From NCBI GenBank assembly GCA_003249955.1, contig QKHS01000018.1:20912-84911 (forward strand): DNA of 64,000 nt. Reading direction: 5' to 3'. The stretch is from Bacteroidales bacterium. Lineage in GTDB: Bacteria; Bacteroidota; Bacteroidia; Bacteroidales; ML635J-15. The notes under the pieces are model-generated. The model searched no databases, had not been told where the DNA came from, and worked only from the letters and a program-made list of their open reading frames with translations. Position 1 is the stretch's first letter; every line of letters starts with the position of its first letter. Positions 9,266 through 18,311 of this stretch are shown piece after piece. The position numbers and the translations under genes are program-made.

Positions 9266-9775
9266 ATGGTTATAAAATTATCCAGAACTACAATTTTAAT
9301 TATTACAATAAGTGTTATTGCAGTGTATCTTGTTCTAAACCGGATGAATGCGATACGGGAGAGAGTTACAACCACGGGAGAAATAACCGAAATTAAAAAA
9401 TTAAGATCATCAGGGTTAAGCAAAGATATTTCTTATGTTGCGATCATAAGCTATTCGGTAGGATCAGAAAAGTACAAAATTGAAACAGACGGGAATAAAG
9501 AAATGAAAACAGGCGAAAAGTTCGAAATTATTTACAGACCTGATGCTCCTGAAGACGGGACTACATTTGATTTTAAAGGTTTCTGGATGGGTCCGGTAAT
9601 GTATTGCATAATCCCGCTTTTGTTTCTTAGTGCTTTCATTCTGGCTTTTATTGATAAAAAAGATATTGTCTCTTTTAACTTTAAGAATGGGTTAAAAATA
9701 AGCAAATCAAAAAAAGAGGCTGCAGGGAAAATTAAGAAATTTGAAGCTAATAGCCGCATTAAATATCTGGATTAG
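9266..9775 (+). CDS. DUF3592-like membrane protein
   Basis: 169 aa arranged as TM helix, beta-rich domain, TM helix, which is the typical DUF3592 architecture. Confidence 0.5.
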   Translation: MVIKLSRTTILIITISVIAVYLVLNRMNAIRERVTTTGEITEIKKLRSSGLSKDISYVAIISYSVGSEKYKIETDGNKEMKTGEKFEIIYRPDAPEDGTTFDFKGFWMGPVMYCIIPLLFLSAFILAFIDKKDIVSFNFKNGLKISKSKKEAAGKIKKFEANSRIKYLD

Positions 9776-9812
9776 AAACAACCGGCAGGTATAAACTAAC
9801 AGCGCAACCGGA

Positions 9813-10271
9813 CTACATCCCTTTCAAAATTCTCAATGCCTCATCAACATGTTTTTCTGCATCAATCTGAGAATTGAACATAAATACAACTTTAGCTTCT
9901 TTGTCAACAACATATGTTACTCTGCCGGGTATTAAACCAAACAAATTCGTCGGAACCCCGAACATTTTACGAACTTTATTACCGGGATCACTAAGCAAAG
10001 TGTAGTTTAACCTGTGTTTTTCGGCAAATGCCTTGTGGCTCTCAACAGATTGGCTACTGATTCCGATAATCATAGCATCGGCTTCGTTAAAAACATCAAA
10101 CTGATCCCGAAACGAGCATGCTTCTTTTGTACATCCGGGACTGTCATCCTTTGGATAGAAATAAATAACCAGATTTTTCTTTCCTCTTACAGAGTCAATA
10201 TCAAAGATTTTCCCATCCTGATCTTTAAGCGAGAACGACGGAATTGAACTCCCGATTTTAAGTTTTTCCAT
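9813..10271 (-). CDS. bcp: thioredoxin-dependent thiol peroxidase (Bcp/PrxQ peroxiredoxin)
   Basis: Contains YFYPKDDSPGCTKEAC (Cys-x4-Cys) and KHRLNYTLLSD. I moved the start to Met22 of the track ORF (MEKLKIGS). Confidence 0.85.
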   Translation of the reverse strand: MEKLKIGSSIPSFSLKDQDGKIFDIDSVRGKKNLVIYFYPKDDSPGCTKEACSFRDQFDVFNEADAMIIGISSQSVESHKAFAEKHRLNYTLLSDPGNKVRKMFGVPTNLFGLIPGRVTYVVDKEAKVVFMFNSQIDAEKHVDEALRILKGM

Positions 10272-10375
10272 AGTATTAAAATTAAATAGTTTTTTAATCT
10301 GACCCTTTAAAAAGAGGGAGCCCCCACAAAACAAAAAGAATAAACCACATATTTATAAAAATCCTTTTCACAAAA

Positions 10376-11152
10376 TTACTTTTTCGGTAACATAGGAAAA
10401 AACGCGCTGGTTTTCCTGATATACTCCTGATATTCAGGCTTTTTATCTTTCAATGTCTTTTCGAGCAAAGCAACACCTGAGACTTTTATTATAAGCAAAA
10501 TCATTACTACAGAGCCAACTGCAGGCCAGTAACTTCCGGAGGCAATACAGAACAGTGCATAAGCAAACCAAACTGCCGAATCTCCGAAATAATTAGGATG
10601 TCTTGTATATTTCCAGAGCCCGCTCTGCAAGACCTTATCCCTGTTTGCAGGATTCTTCCTGAAACGTGCCAACTGAAAATCTCCGCCTGCTTCAAAAACA
10701 ATTCCTGTTAACCAAACAATAATACCCGTGTAGTCCAGCCAAATCAGTTCTTCGCTGTTTGTACTGTAATTAACCGCCAGTAAAGGCAACGAAATAATAA
10801 GCATCAAAACTCCCTGAAGCAAAAAAGTCTGAAAGAAACTAATCCACCAATATCTTTTTATCCCGTAAGTCCGCCGGAATTCCTGATAACGAAAGTCCTC
10901 CCCTTTTCCAATATTTCGCCATGTCAGATAAACAGAGAGCCTTAAACCCCAAACAGTTACAAGAACCAACAAAATTACTTTACGCAAATAAAAATCTCCC
11001 GAAGCAAAAAAATAAAATGCGTTCACAATCACAAATCCTGCTCCCCAGAACATATCAACTATACTTACGTTCTTAATAGCCACACTTATAAGCCATAATA
11101 CGGACATAATTGAAAGTATTAAAAGAGATGCCTGTAAAAACAAGTTAATCAT
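10376..11152 (-). CDS. DUF1295 / steroid-5-alpha-reductase-like membrane protein
   Basis: Polytopic protein with C-terminal LWKYTRHPNYFGD, characteristic of the DUF1295/ICMT-like fold. I moved the start to Met20. Confidence 0.6.
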   Translation of the reverse strand: MINLFLQASLLILSIMSVLWLISVAIKNVSIVDMFWGAGFVIVNAFYFFASGDFYLRKVILLVLVTVWGLRLSVYLTWRNIGKGEDFRYQEFRRTYGIKRYWWISFFQTFLLQGVLMLIISLPLLAVNYSTNSEELIWLDYTGIIVWLTGIVFEAGGDFQLARFRKNPANRDKVLQSGLWKYTRHPNYFGDSAVWFAYALFCIASGSYWPAVGSVVMILLIIKVSGVALLEKTLKDKKPEYQEYIRKTSAFFPMLPKK

Positions 11153-11162
11153 AAACCAAATT

Positions 11163-12974
11163 TTAATTATCAAATAAAACTGAAACTGCCAAAGCTCCCA
11201 AACCGGCATGCATTCCTATAACAGAAGAAATATTTACAACCGACACAGGTTTTTTTCCTGCAATTTCTATCATCCTTTCTTCGACTTTTTCTGCACCGGG
11301 CTGATTATTCGCATGCAGAACAATATAATTCCACACCGGCCTGGTAAGGCTAAGATTCTTCACATGACTGTATATTTTGTTCAGGCTTGCCTTCTGACTG
11401 AAAGTATTGCCAAAAAGCACAGACTTTCCGTCTTTACCCATAGAGACAATCGGATTTATGCCAAATAACTCAGCAATAAAACCTTTTGGCTTCGACACCC
11501 TTCCTCCTTTTATCATATAATCCAGATTTCTTACACTCACATAAATTCCTGCATTTTCAATACCTGAATTTATTGATGTCAGAATATTTTCAACAGATTC
11601 GCCTTTCTCAATATCCATGGCCGCTTTTAAAACAATTAAACCGAGTGCGCCGGACAAATTCTTTGAATCAATCACATGAACCGGTTTGTTGAATTCCTTT
11701 TGTATCTGTTTTGCTGCCCGCCAACTGTTTGCAAACGTCCCGCTAAATTCTGAGGTAAGGTGAACGGCAATTACAGCATCGTATCGTGCGGCAAGCTGAG
11801 AGTACAAATTTGTAAATGTGTACTCATTTACCTGGGATGTTTTAGGAAATTCAGGCTGAGTTTCAAGCAAGTCGTAAAACTGTTCTGCATTTACAGTAAG
11901 TTTGTCAAGATATTGATTGTCGCCAAAACTCAGGTTTAACGGTACTACATTTATCTGGTAATATTCGATAATCTCTTTCGGCAAATCACAGGCAGAATCG
12001 GTAACAAGAGCAATATTCCATTTACGGTTTGTAAGTATCTCCTGCTGTCGAACCATATCGTCAACTTTCTGAAAAGTAATTGTCCCGTAATCTTTCAGCT
12101 TATAAAACAAATCTGCCGGATGGTTTGTATGAAGATGAATCCTGATATTGTTTTCTGCCCCTGCCATAACAATAGAGTCTCCGTTCTCACGTAAAATTTT
12201 CTGAAGACCGGCCTTGCTTATGCTAAGATCTTTTATAACAGCCTCGGTACAATACCTGAAATTTATATCGTTTTCTGCTTTCAGGTTTGAATGTACACGC
12301 AATACATTTTCGACGGACTGAGCTGCAACCTTTCGGATATTACCTGTTTTAAGAAAACTTATTATTCCTTCGATAAACAGGACAAAACCTTTTGCCCCGG
12401 CATCAACAACCCCGTGCTTGTTAAGAATTCTCAGTTTAGAAGTAGTTTCCTTGAGCGATTTTTCCAGGACTGAAAAAGACTCTATAATAACATTCTTAAA
12501 GCCATTAAGATTTTCTTTTCTGCTATAAATAAAATCGGACCAGTCTTTAATTACTGTAAGTATTGTTCCTTCCACCGGTTTATCAATAGCTTCGTAAATA
12601 AATGGTATTGTTTGTTTTATGCTCTCGGCAAATTCTTTAAAATTAATAGCAGGTTTGTTTAATGTAACAGATGAAAGACCGTATAAAAATTGTGCAAAAA
12701 TAACCCCTGAATTCCCCCTTGCCCCGGCAATGGCAGCATCTGCAATGTCTCCTATTGTAATTTTATACGACTTACTTGGCCTGACATTGTCTATCACCGA
12801 GCGTATTGTTGAAGCAAGATTTGTTCCTGTATCGTTGTCCTGAACCGGAAACACATTTAAATCATTAATCATTACCTGATTTCTAAGCACCTGTGTCCCT
12901 CCGGCCAAAAATGCGTAATAAATATATTTTCCATTGATTTCCTCCGTGTCGTAATATTTCATATTATAGGGCAT
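11163..12974 (-). CDS. fusion protein: FakA-like Dak2 and middle domains joined to a DegV (FakB-like fatty-acid-binding) domain
   Basis: The N-terminus has LNVFPVQDNDTGTNL and ARGNSGVIFAQF (Dak2). The middle region has YCTEAVI...GDSIVMAG..IRIHLHTNHP. The C-terminal ~280 aa have IALVTDSACDLPKEI..VVPLNLSFGD..PKTSQ..HLTSEFSGTF..VIDSKNLSGALG..KGGRVSK, a DegV pattern. Confidence 0.75.
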   Translation of the reverse strand: MPYNMKYYDTEEINGKYIYYAFLAGGTQVLRNQVMINDLNVFPVQDNDTGTNLASTIRSVIDNVRPSKSYKITIGDIADAAIAGARGNSGVIFAQFLYGLSSVTLNKPAINFKEFAESIKQTIPFIYEAIDKPVEGTILTVIKDWSDFIYSRKENLNGFKNVIIESFSVLEKSLKETTSKLRILNKHGVVDAGAKGFVLFIEGIISFLKTGNIRKVAAQSVENVLRVHSNLKAENDINFRYCTEAVIKDLSISKAGLQKILRENGDSIVMAGAENNIRIHLHTNHPADLFYKLKDYGTITFQKVDDMVRQQEILTNRKWNIALVTDSACDLPKEIIEYYQINVVPLNLSFGDNQYLDKLTVNAEQFYDLLETQPEFPKTSQVNEYTFTNLYSQLAARYDAVIAVHLTSEFSGTFANSWRAAKQIQKEFNKPVHVIDSKNLSGALGLIVLKAAMDIEKGESVENILTSINSGIENAGIYVSVRNLDYMIKGGRVSKPKGFIAELFGINPIVSMGKDGKSVLFGNTFSQKASLNKIYSHVKNLSLTRPVWNYIVLHANNQPGAEKVEERMIEIAGKKPVSVVNISSVIGMHAGLGALAVSVLFDN

Positions 12975-13185
12975 TAACCAGAATTAATTCAAATATACAT
13001 AAACTTATGCAGCAATTTAAAATATCAGACAACTATTTTTTGATTTTATGCAATATTTATCAACTTAATGTTTTATTGTCCTGTGTATTATAACAAACAA
13101 GAGTGAGGTTTGTTTAAGGTCAACCATATATTGTTAAACAAGACACGAGCTTTAATGCATATTTTTATATTAGTGTACTTTTGAA

Positions 13186-14622
13186 CTATTCACCACCATC
13201 AAGCAATTCGATCATTTTATCTGTCATTTCAGCACGTCTTAACGGAAATAATTCACGTACATGTGTCATCTCTTCAGCATCATAATCCCCATATTCTACC
13301 TGGTAATTTTCCAAAGAATATTTGTTTCTTAAATTACTTACAGCTTGAATTGATGAGTTATACACCCTTAAATATGACGAAAACACGTCATGATCATTTA
13401 TATAAAATTCAATCAGGTAATCCGGATCATTGCTGATTAAATTATAAAAACAGGATGTGAGTTGTTTTTCACTAACCTGATTACCGTTTACAATATAGCT
13501 ATTGTTCCCCGAACTCTTTACTTCAATAATATTTTTTATCTGTTTTATCGTATCAACCAAATCCTGTAAATCCTGAGGACTTGCATTGGCATAGTCATAC
13601 ATGGATATACTAAAAACCATATCCCGGTAATAACGCTTATCGAATTCCGGATTTACAGGAGTAACAGCAAATGTAAATCTATATACTCCCAATTTAAAAA
13701 ATTCGTTCTTCAGTTTATTGAAGAATTCCATCCGAACTGTTTTATTTATATGCAAACAATATGTCATAAAAGGAATTTCTGCCTCGTCCCTTTCAGATTG
13801 CCATTGTTTAATAATTGAATCCAGATTATTCAAGGCCACAACCTTATTATCAGCTATAATTACAGGGTCAGCATCCTCAGCCTGATTTTTCTCCTGAACA
13901 ATATAAATATGTTCTACAAGACTACGCTTTTCCGGCCTCCTGTAATATTCTGCTTCAGGGACATCAAGAAGATATTTTGAATTAATATTTTTACTTTGCA
14001 CGATAGAGTTTATTGCCTTATAATTTATAACATTAACTCTTGACAAACCAATTGCGAACGAACTGACAATCAATACTGAAATTAGAAACCATTTTACGCT
14101 TCTTTGCTTAAACTGTGCTCTTATAGTATTCCAGGTCTGATAAAATAAGAATATTATTATCAAAACAAAAACATAACAATAATCCGGATAAAGGCTGAAA
14201 ACATAATACCCCCCTTTTATTGTAACCCCGAAAAACAAACCAAAAATCAACGCCAATCTGGATATCCAGTTAAGAAAATACCAGTTTAATGCTCGCTGAC
14301 TGTTTACAATTGAGGTATGTCTGTAATGAAGATTTCCGAAAAGCGGTCTCGGCCTGTCAAACACAAAAGCAAAGCAAACAGATTGTCCGAAAATTACAGC
14401 AAAAAAAGCAAAGAATAAATTATAAAAACTCACTTCACAATCGGAAAGCGTCCATATTTCGTAAGTTTCGGTAACAGATATTACTCTGAATGTTTCACGA
14501 ATAAGATATAAAAACGAATAGAAAGTTACAGAAAAGAAAACACCCAAAAATATTCCGATAATAAATCTGGATTTTGAGAGTTCCGTCAACTTTGCATCTC
14601 TGTGTAAAAATCTGTTTTTCAA
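13186..14622 (-). CDS. hypothetical polytopic membrane protein with large C-terminal soluble region (two possible ExbD/TolR-like modules)
   Basis: 478 aa with about 5-6 N-terminal TM helices. The C-terminal half has two segments whose pattern resembles the ExbD periplasmic domain (for example MTYCLHINKTVRMEFFNKLKNEFFKLGVYRFTFAV). This assignment is weak. Confidence 0.3.
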   Translation of the reverse strand: MKNRFLHRDAKLTELSKSRFIIGIFLGVFFSVTFYSFLYLIRETFRVISVTETYEIWTLSDCEVSFYNLFFAFFAVIFGQSVCFAFVFDRPRPLFGNLHYRHTSIVNSQRALNWYFLNWISRLALIFGLFFGVTIKGGYYVFSLYPDYCYVFVLIIIFLFYQTWNTIRAQFKQRSVKWFLISVLIVSSFAIGLSRVNVINYKAINSIVQSKNINSKYLLDVPEAEYYRRPEKRSLVEHIYIVQEKNQAEDADPVIIADNKVVALNNLDSIIKQWQSERDEAEIPFMTYCLHINKTVRMEFFNKLKNEFFKLGVYRFTFAVTPVNPEFDKRYYRDMVFSISMYDYANASPQDLQDLVDTIKQIKNIIEVKSSGNNSYIVNGNQVSEKQLTSCFYNLISNDPDYLIEFYINDHDVFSSYLRVYNSSIQAVSNLRNKYSLENYQVEYGDYDAEEMTHVRELFPLRRAEMTDKMIELLDGGE

Positions 14623-14790
14623 AATATTATCTCAATAAATATATTTGACAATGCCGGTAATTTCAAAATCATTTAACACTAAATACGGCGCAAATGCTTT
14701 TTAATTTTCATGGCCAAATTTAAGACAATATTTTTGTATAACACATAACCATCTAAGTTCCCTGCAAATTATAAAAAAAACCAAACAAAT

Positions 14791-15753
14791 TTACTTTATC
14801 CCCACAAACCTTTCCTGTCTTAAAGTCTCACTAACAGCACTTTTATAGGCCACAATAGTTTTTGCTTTTTTAAATTTTTTTAAGACCTTATGCGAATTGG
14901 TAAACGACATGGAAAAATATTCCCAGAAATGATACATCTTTGTCAGCAGATGGCTTGCCCCCGATAAAGCCTGTTCATACTCACCATAAAGCTCATCGTG
15001 AAACTCTTTAAATATCTCAATATTGTTCTCAGGATGTTGCGTTGAATTTGTCTTTATCATCTGCGGTAAAAACGGGTCGGCAATAACTCCACGGCCAATC
15101 ATCCATGTATCAGTTTCCGGGAGTAACTGCTGTATTTCCCGAAACTTTTCAACTGAGGTAATATCTCCGTTATAAATAAGTTTGTGCCTTGTATTGCCGA
15201 TGCATCGTTTAAAAGTTTCGGGATCAGCTTCGCCTTTGTACTGTTGCTTGCCTGTGCGTGCATGAACCGCTATGTTTTTCAACGGATACTTATCTAATAC
15301 AGGCAAAATTTTAAAAATCTCTTCATTATTATCAAATCCAGGCCGCATTTTTACCGAAACAATAATGTCCGATTTTGAATGAACTTTATAAAGTATGTTG
15401 TCAATCTGTTCAACATCAGGAAGCAGGCCTGAACCAAGACCACGCTTTGTAACCGTTGGCGACGGACACCCCAGATTCCAGTTAAGTTCTTTGTAACCAA
15501 GCTCCTGAACGTCTTTAGCCACGAGCAAAAACTCATCTGCATCATTTGTCAATACTTGCGGGATTAACTCTGTAACTGTATTATTTACAGGAAGAATATC
15601 ACGAAAGTTAGATGATTTCATCTCCATGTTATCCTTTAAGCGAATGTATGGAGCATAAAAAGTATCTATTCCGCCAAAGTACTTATTAAAAGCATTACGG
15701 AATTTAAAATCTGTAAACCCCTGCAGTGGGGATGAAATGAGTGTAAATGTCAT
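14791..15753 (-). CDS. dus: tRNA-dihydrouridine synthase
   Basis: Contains SPLQGFTDF, NWNLGCPSP (catalytic Cys), VSVKMRPG and AVHARTG motifs. I moved the start to Met22 (MTFTLISSPLQG), which removes the overlap with the HipT-like gene. Confidence 0.8.
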   Translation of the reverse strand: MTFTLISSPLQGFTDFKFRNAFNKYFGGIDTFYAPYIRLKDNMEMKSSNFRDILPVNNTVTELIPQVLTNDADEFLLVAKDVQELGYKELNWNLGCPSPTVTKRGLGSGLLPDVEQIDNILYKVHSKSDIIVSVKMRPGFDNNEEIFKILPVLDKYPLKNIAVHARTGKQQYKGEADPETFKRCIGNTRHKLIYNGDITSVEKFREIQQLLPETDTWMIGRGVIADPFLPQMIKTNSTQHPENNIEIFKEFHDELYGEYEQALSGASHLLTKMYHFWEYFSMSFTNSHKVLKKFKKAKTIVAYKSAVSETLRQERFVGIK

Positions 15754-15773
15754 TATAAGATATTTGTATATTG

Positions 15774-16757
15774 TTATTTCAGAATTAGCTTCAATCGTCT
15801 TTGATAAGACTGCCAATAATTACTTTTTGTGCTTTTATTCAGATAAGATGCATTAATCAGTCTTTCTACTTTTTCTGACCCGGATGTTAAAAGTTGTATT
15901 ATTTCATTAACATGTTTTTCATTAAGTCCGGCTTTGTCCGACAATACCAAAAATTGCTGTCTTATTTTTCCTTGTGCAAGATCCTTCGGCAATAATCCGT
16001 CATCTAATGCAAAGACTTTATCTTCGATGTGAATTTTGCTGTTCAACAGGTCGTAGGCCGGACTTAATTTATAGTCCCCAAGCGGAGTTTCTGTAAGCGA
16101 AAAGTTCTTAAAATGAGCATCTCCGTTTGAAAAAAGATAGTTAAACATTATCTGCTTAAACAGTTTATGTGCTTCTATTTTATATGACGGACAAAAAGTT
16201 TTGAGAATATTGAATAACTCCAGATAGTTTCCGTGATATTTGTAGTTATCTCCATGAGTTTGAGATGTTCTTCCTGCCAACGAGGCAAAATCTTCCTGAC
16301 CTCTTCTGCTGCCATCATCATTCACATCAAATCGTTTGGTTATATAGGCGGGAGAACCGTCATTAAAGAAAATCAATGCATTATCTGCAGTTTCAACACC
16401 ATAAACCTGACTTGCTATTTGCATGGTAAGATGCTCATTGGCAGGCATTTGTGCAGAATGTTTACCAAATAAAGGTACTGGTTTAAGAATATATGTTCCC
16501 TTTTCTCCTTCATTAACCAATCTCAATTTATTTTTTTCCAGTAATAAAGAAAATTTTTCCTGAACTCCCGAAACAGATACTCTCTGAAGGTTTTTTTCAA
16601 ACAGGCTTAAAGATTCATCACTACTGACCGGCGAATTATAGTCCAGTATATGATTTATCTTCTTGCCGAAAAACATTTTCTTCAGACAGGTTCTGCTGTA
16701 AGTATTAAAACCTTCAGCCAGAGTCCCGGGACAATATTTTATTTCAGGAATTTTCAC
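15774..16757 (-). CDS. HipT-like Ser/Thr kinase toxin (HipA kinase core without N-subdomain 1)
   Basis: 327 aa with a GTG start that overlaps the upstream stop by 1 nt. It has the Gly-rich loop RVSVSGVQEK, the catalytic motif NGDAHFKNFS, and SPAYDLLN. Confidence 0.8.
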   Translation of the reverse strand: MKIPEIKYCPGTLAEGFNTYSRTCLKKMFFGKKINHILDYNSPVSSDESLSLFEKNLQRVSVSGVQEKFSLLLEKNKLRLVNEGEKGTYILKPVPLFGKHSAQMPANEHLTMQIASQVYGVETADNALIFFNDGSPAYITKRFDVNDDGSRRGQEDFASLAGRTSQTHGDNYKYHGNYLELFNILKTFCPSYKIEAHKLFKQIMFNYLFSNGDAHFKNFSLTETPLGDYKLSPAYDLLNSKIHIEDKVFALDDGLLPKDLAQGKIRQQFLVLSDKAGLNEKHVNEIIQLLTSGSEKVERLINASYLNKSTKSNYWQSYQRRLKLILK

Positions 16758-17086
16758 TATATTAATTCGTATTTAACAATTCGTACCGCACCAATACTAT
16801 CTGTTTCCGCAACTGCCACCAGTAACCCGAAATAATCATCCTGATCTATACGCTTTTGTCTGCAGATAGCATTTTTATTCGCCCCTTCCGGCAACATATT
16901 AAAGAAAAAAGGGAAAAGAAATTCAGAACGGTGCTCTTCCACAGTCTTTGGCAAAGTAAGACTGATTGACGGTTTACTACTGTCAGATCTCCAATTGTCG
17001 TTGTAACTGAAAGCATAAGTGCCATTATCATGTTGTATTAAAACCCCGGCCTCCTCATCTTTGTAAAGAACAATTGCTTTTCTCAT
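16757..17086 (-). CDS. HipS-like small protein (stand-alone HipA N-terminal subdomain)
   Basis: 109 aa beginning MRKAIVLYKDEEAGVLIQHDNGTYAFSY, typical of the HipA N-terminal coupling domain. Its start overlaps the upstream stop (TAATG). Confidence 0.7.
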   Translation of the reverse strand: MRKAIVLYKDEEAGVLIQHDNGTYAFSYNDNWRSDSSKPSISLTLPKTVEEHRSEFLFPFFFNMLPEGANKNAICRQKRIDQDDYFGLLVAVAETDSIGAVRIVKYELI

Positions 17087-17292
17087 TAGTCAGAATCGAT
17101 TTTTTTAACTTTTAAACAAACTTCCAATCCCAACACATCACAGAGTTTTTCCAATGTTTGCAAAGTCGGATTACCCTTGCCACTTTCAAATTGTTTTAAT
17201 GTCCTTAATCCAACACCTGACAATTCTGCCAAAACAGACTGGGTTACACCGAGCATATCTCTACGTGCTTTTATTTCTTTAACTATATCCAT
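17086..17292 (-). CDS. XRE-family HTH protein (HipB-like)
   Basis: Contains RRDMLGVTQSVLAELSGVGLRTLKQFESGKGNPTLQTLEKL, a Cro/C1 HTH. I chose Met14 as the start because a -7 box lies inside the longer track ORF. Confidence 0.8.
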   Translation of the reverse strand: MDIVKEIKARRDMLGVTQSVLAELSGVGLRTLKQFESGKGNPTLQTLEKLCDVLGLEVCLKVKKIDSD

Positions 17293-17320
17293 AAAGTGTA
17301 TTATACGGCTCTTTATTATG

Positions 17321-17328
17321 CAAATATA
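17321..17328 (-). promoter_or_regulatory. candidate -7 box (TATATTTG) for the hipB-like operon
   Basis: The minus strand matches TAnnTTTG 28 nt upstream of the ATG at 17292. Confidence 0.45.
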
Positions 17329-17648
17329 CAACTATTTTTTAATAAAGACAAATAATTGTGCTGTTTATTGCACTTTTTTATAAATATTTTCTGATTGCAA
17401 CATATTTTACATCATATAGTGTTATATATTGCACTTTCAGACAACATTAATTTCTATTGAGAACAGCAAAATGAACATTTACAAACTGTTTTCAGAACAC
17501 ATCTCTGACAACAAATATTTTCAAATCAGTATGCTATTTTATTTTACCATTCCTAAAATATTACGTATATTTACACTAAATATTATTTGCACATAATAAG
17601 CTAACAAAACACGGTAATGACATTGATCTTATAAAATTAAACAATTTA

Positions 17649-18143
17649 ATGTCCATGAAAAAATTATTATTAGGTTTGGTTTTTTCGGTCATAATTTCAC
17701 AGTCATTCGCCCAATATAAGGTAGGGTTTGGTTTTTTTCTCAATACCAGAACAGCTCTGTCCTCACCTGAATTTCCTGATCCAGATTTAAATTCATTTGA
17801 ATTTTCAGTTAAAGCTGTTCTTCCTGACTATAGTTGCTACGATTTTATCGGTGGCCGTAGCAAGGAATATTACAATTTTACATTAATGAAAGAAGTTCAC
17901 CGCAAACTGTTTTACCCTGTTGATCTTTACCTTGGTCTGGGGTTTCACGTTGGCGGATGGCGAAAGACATATATTGCTTACAATCCTGAAAAAAAGATTT
18001 TCGGCGGACTTGACGGGGATTTCGGGTTGCAGTTTACGGTTATGCCGGTTTCAGTTTCTGTTGGCTGGCGGCCTGTATGGACTTTTCTGGGAGGAGATCA
18101 GTTTTATTGGATAAAGCAGATAGGCATAAGATATTGTTTATGA
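17649..18143 (+). CDS. small outer-membrane beta-barrel-like protein
   Basis: 164 aa with a signal peptide (MKKLLLGLVFSVIISQSFAQ). It shows alternating aromatic/glycine beta-strand patterns and a C-terminal aromatic-rich strand. Confidence 0.45.
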   Translation: MSMKKLLLGLVFSVIISQSFAQYKVGFGFFLNTRTALSSPEFPDPDLNSFEFSVKAVLPDYSCYDFIGGRSKEYYNFTLMKEVHRKLFYPVDLYLGLGFHVGGWRKTYIAYNPEKKIFGGLDGDFGLQFTVMPVSVSVGWRPVWTFLGGDQFYWIKQIGIRYCL

Positions 18144-18157
18144 GAAAAATCCACAAA

Positions 18158-18217
18158 GTTGCCCTCAATTACGCTCAGTAACCGGCTCCCCGTTGACCGG
18201 GCGTAATCAAAGGCAAC
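18158..18217. repeat. REP-like imperfect palindrome, copy 1
   Basis: GTTGCCCTCAATTACGCTCAGTAACCGG-CTCC-CCGTTGACCGGGCGTAATCAAAGGCAAC, 15 nt after the stop at 18143. It shares its architecture and 3' end (CCGTTGACyGrGCGTArycrAAGGCAACAAT) with copy 2. Confidence 0.6.
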
Positions 18218-18311
18218 AATAACAAAAAAACAAGCTCTAAAGTAAATATCTGTATTTGGGAATTTGTGGTTTTGCGGTTTATAACTTGTATTTTGAAAAT
18301 TTTATACATTT

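Noticed and set aside
15754-15816. Track N-terminal extension of dus that overlaps the HipT-like gene by 43 nt
   Set aside because: The extension (MAVLSKTIEANSEITIYKYLI) precedes the conserved Dus N-terminus (MTFTLISSPLQG). It would require a long out-of-frame overlap, so an internal Met is far more plausible.
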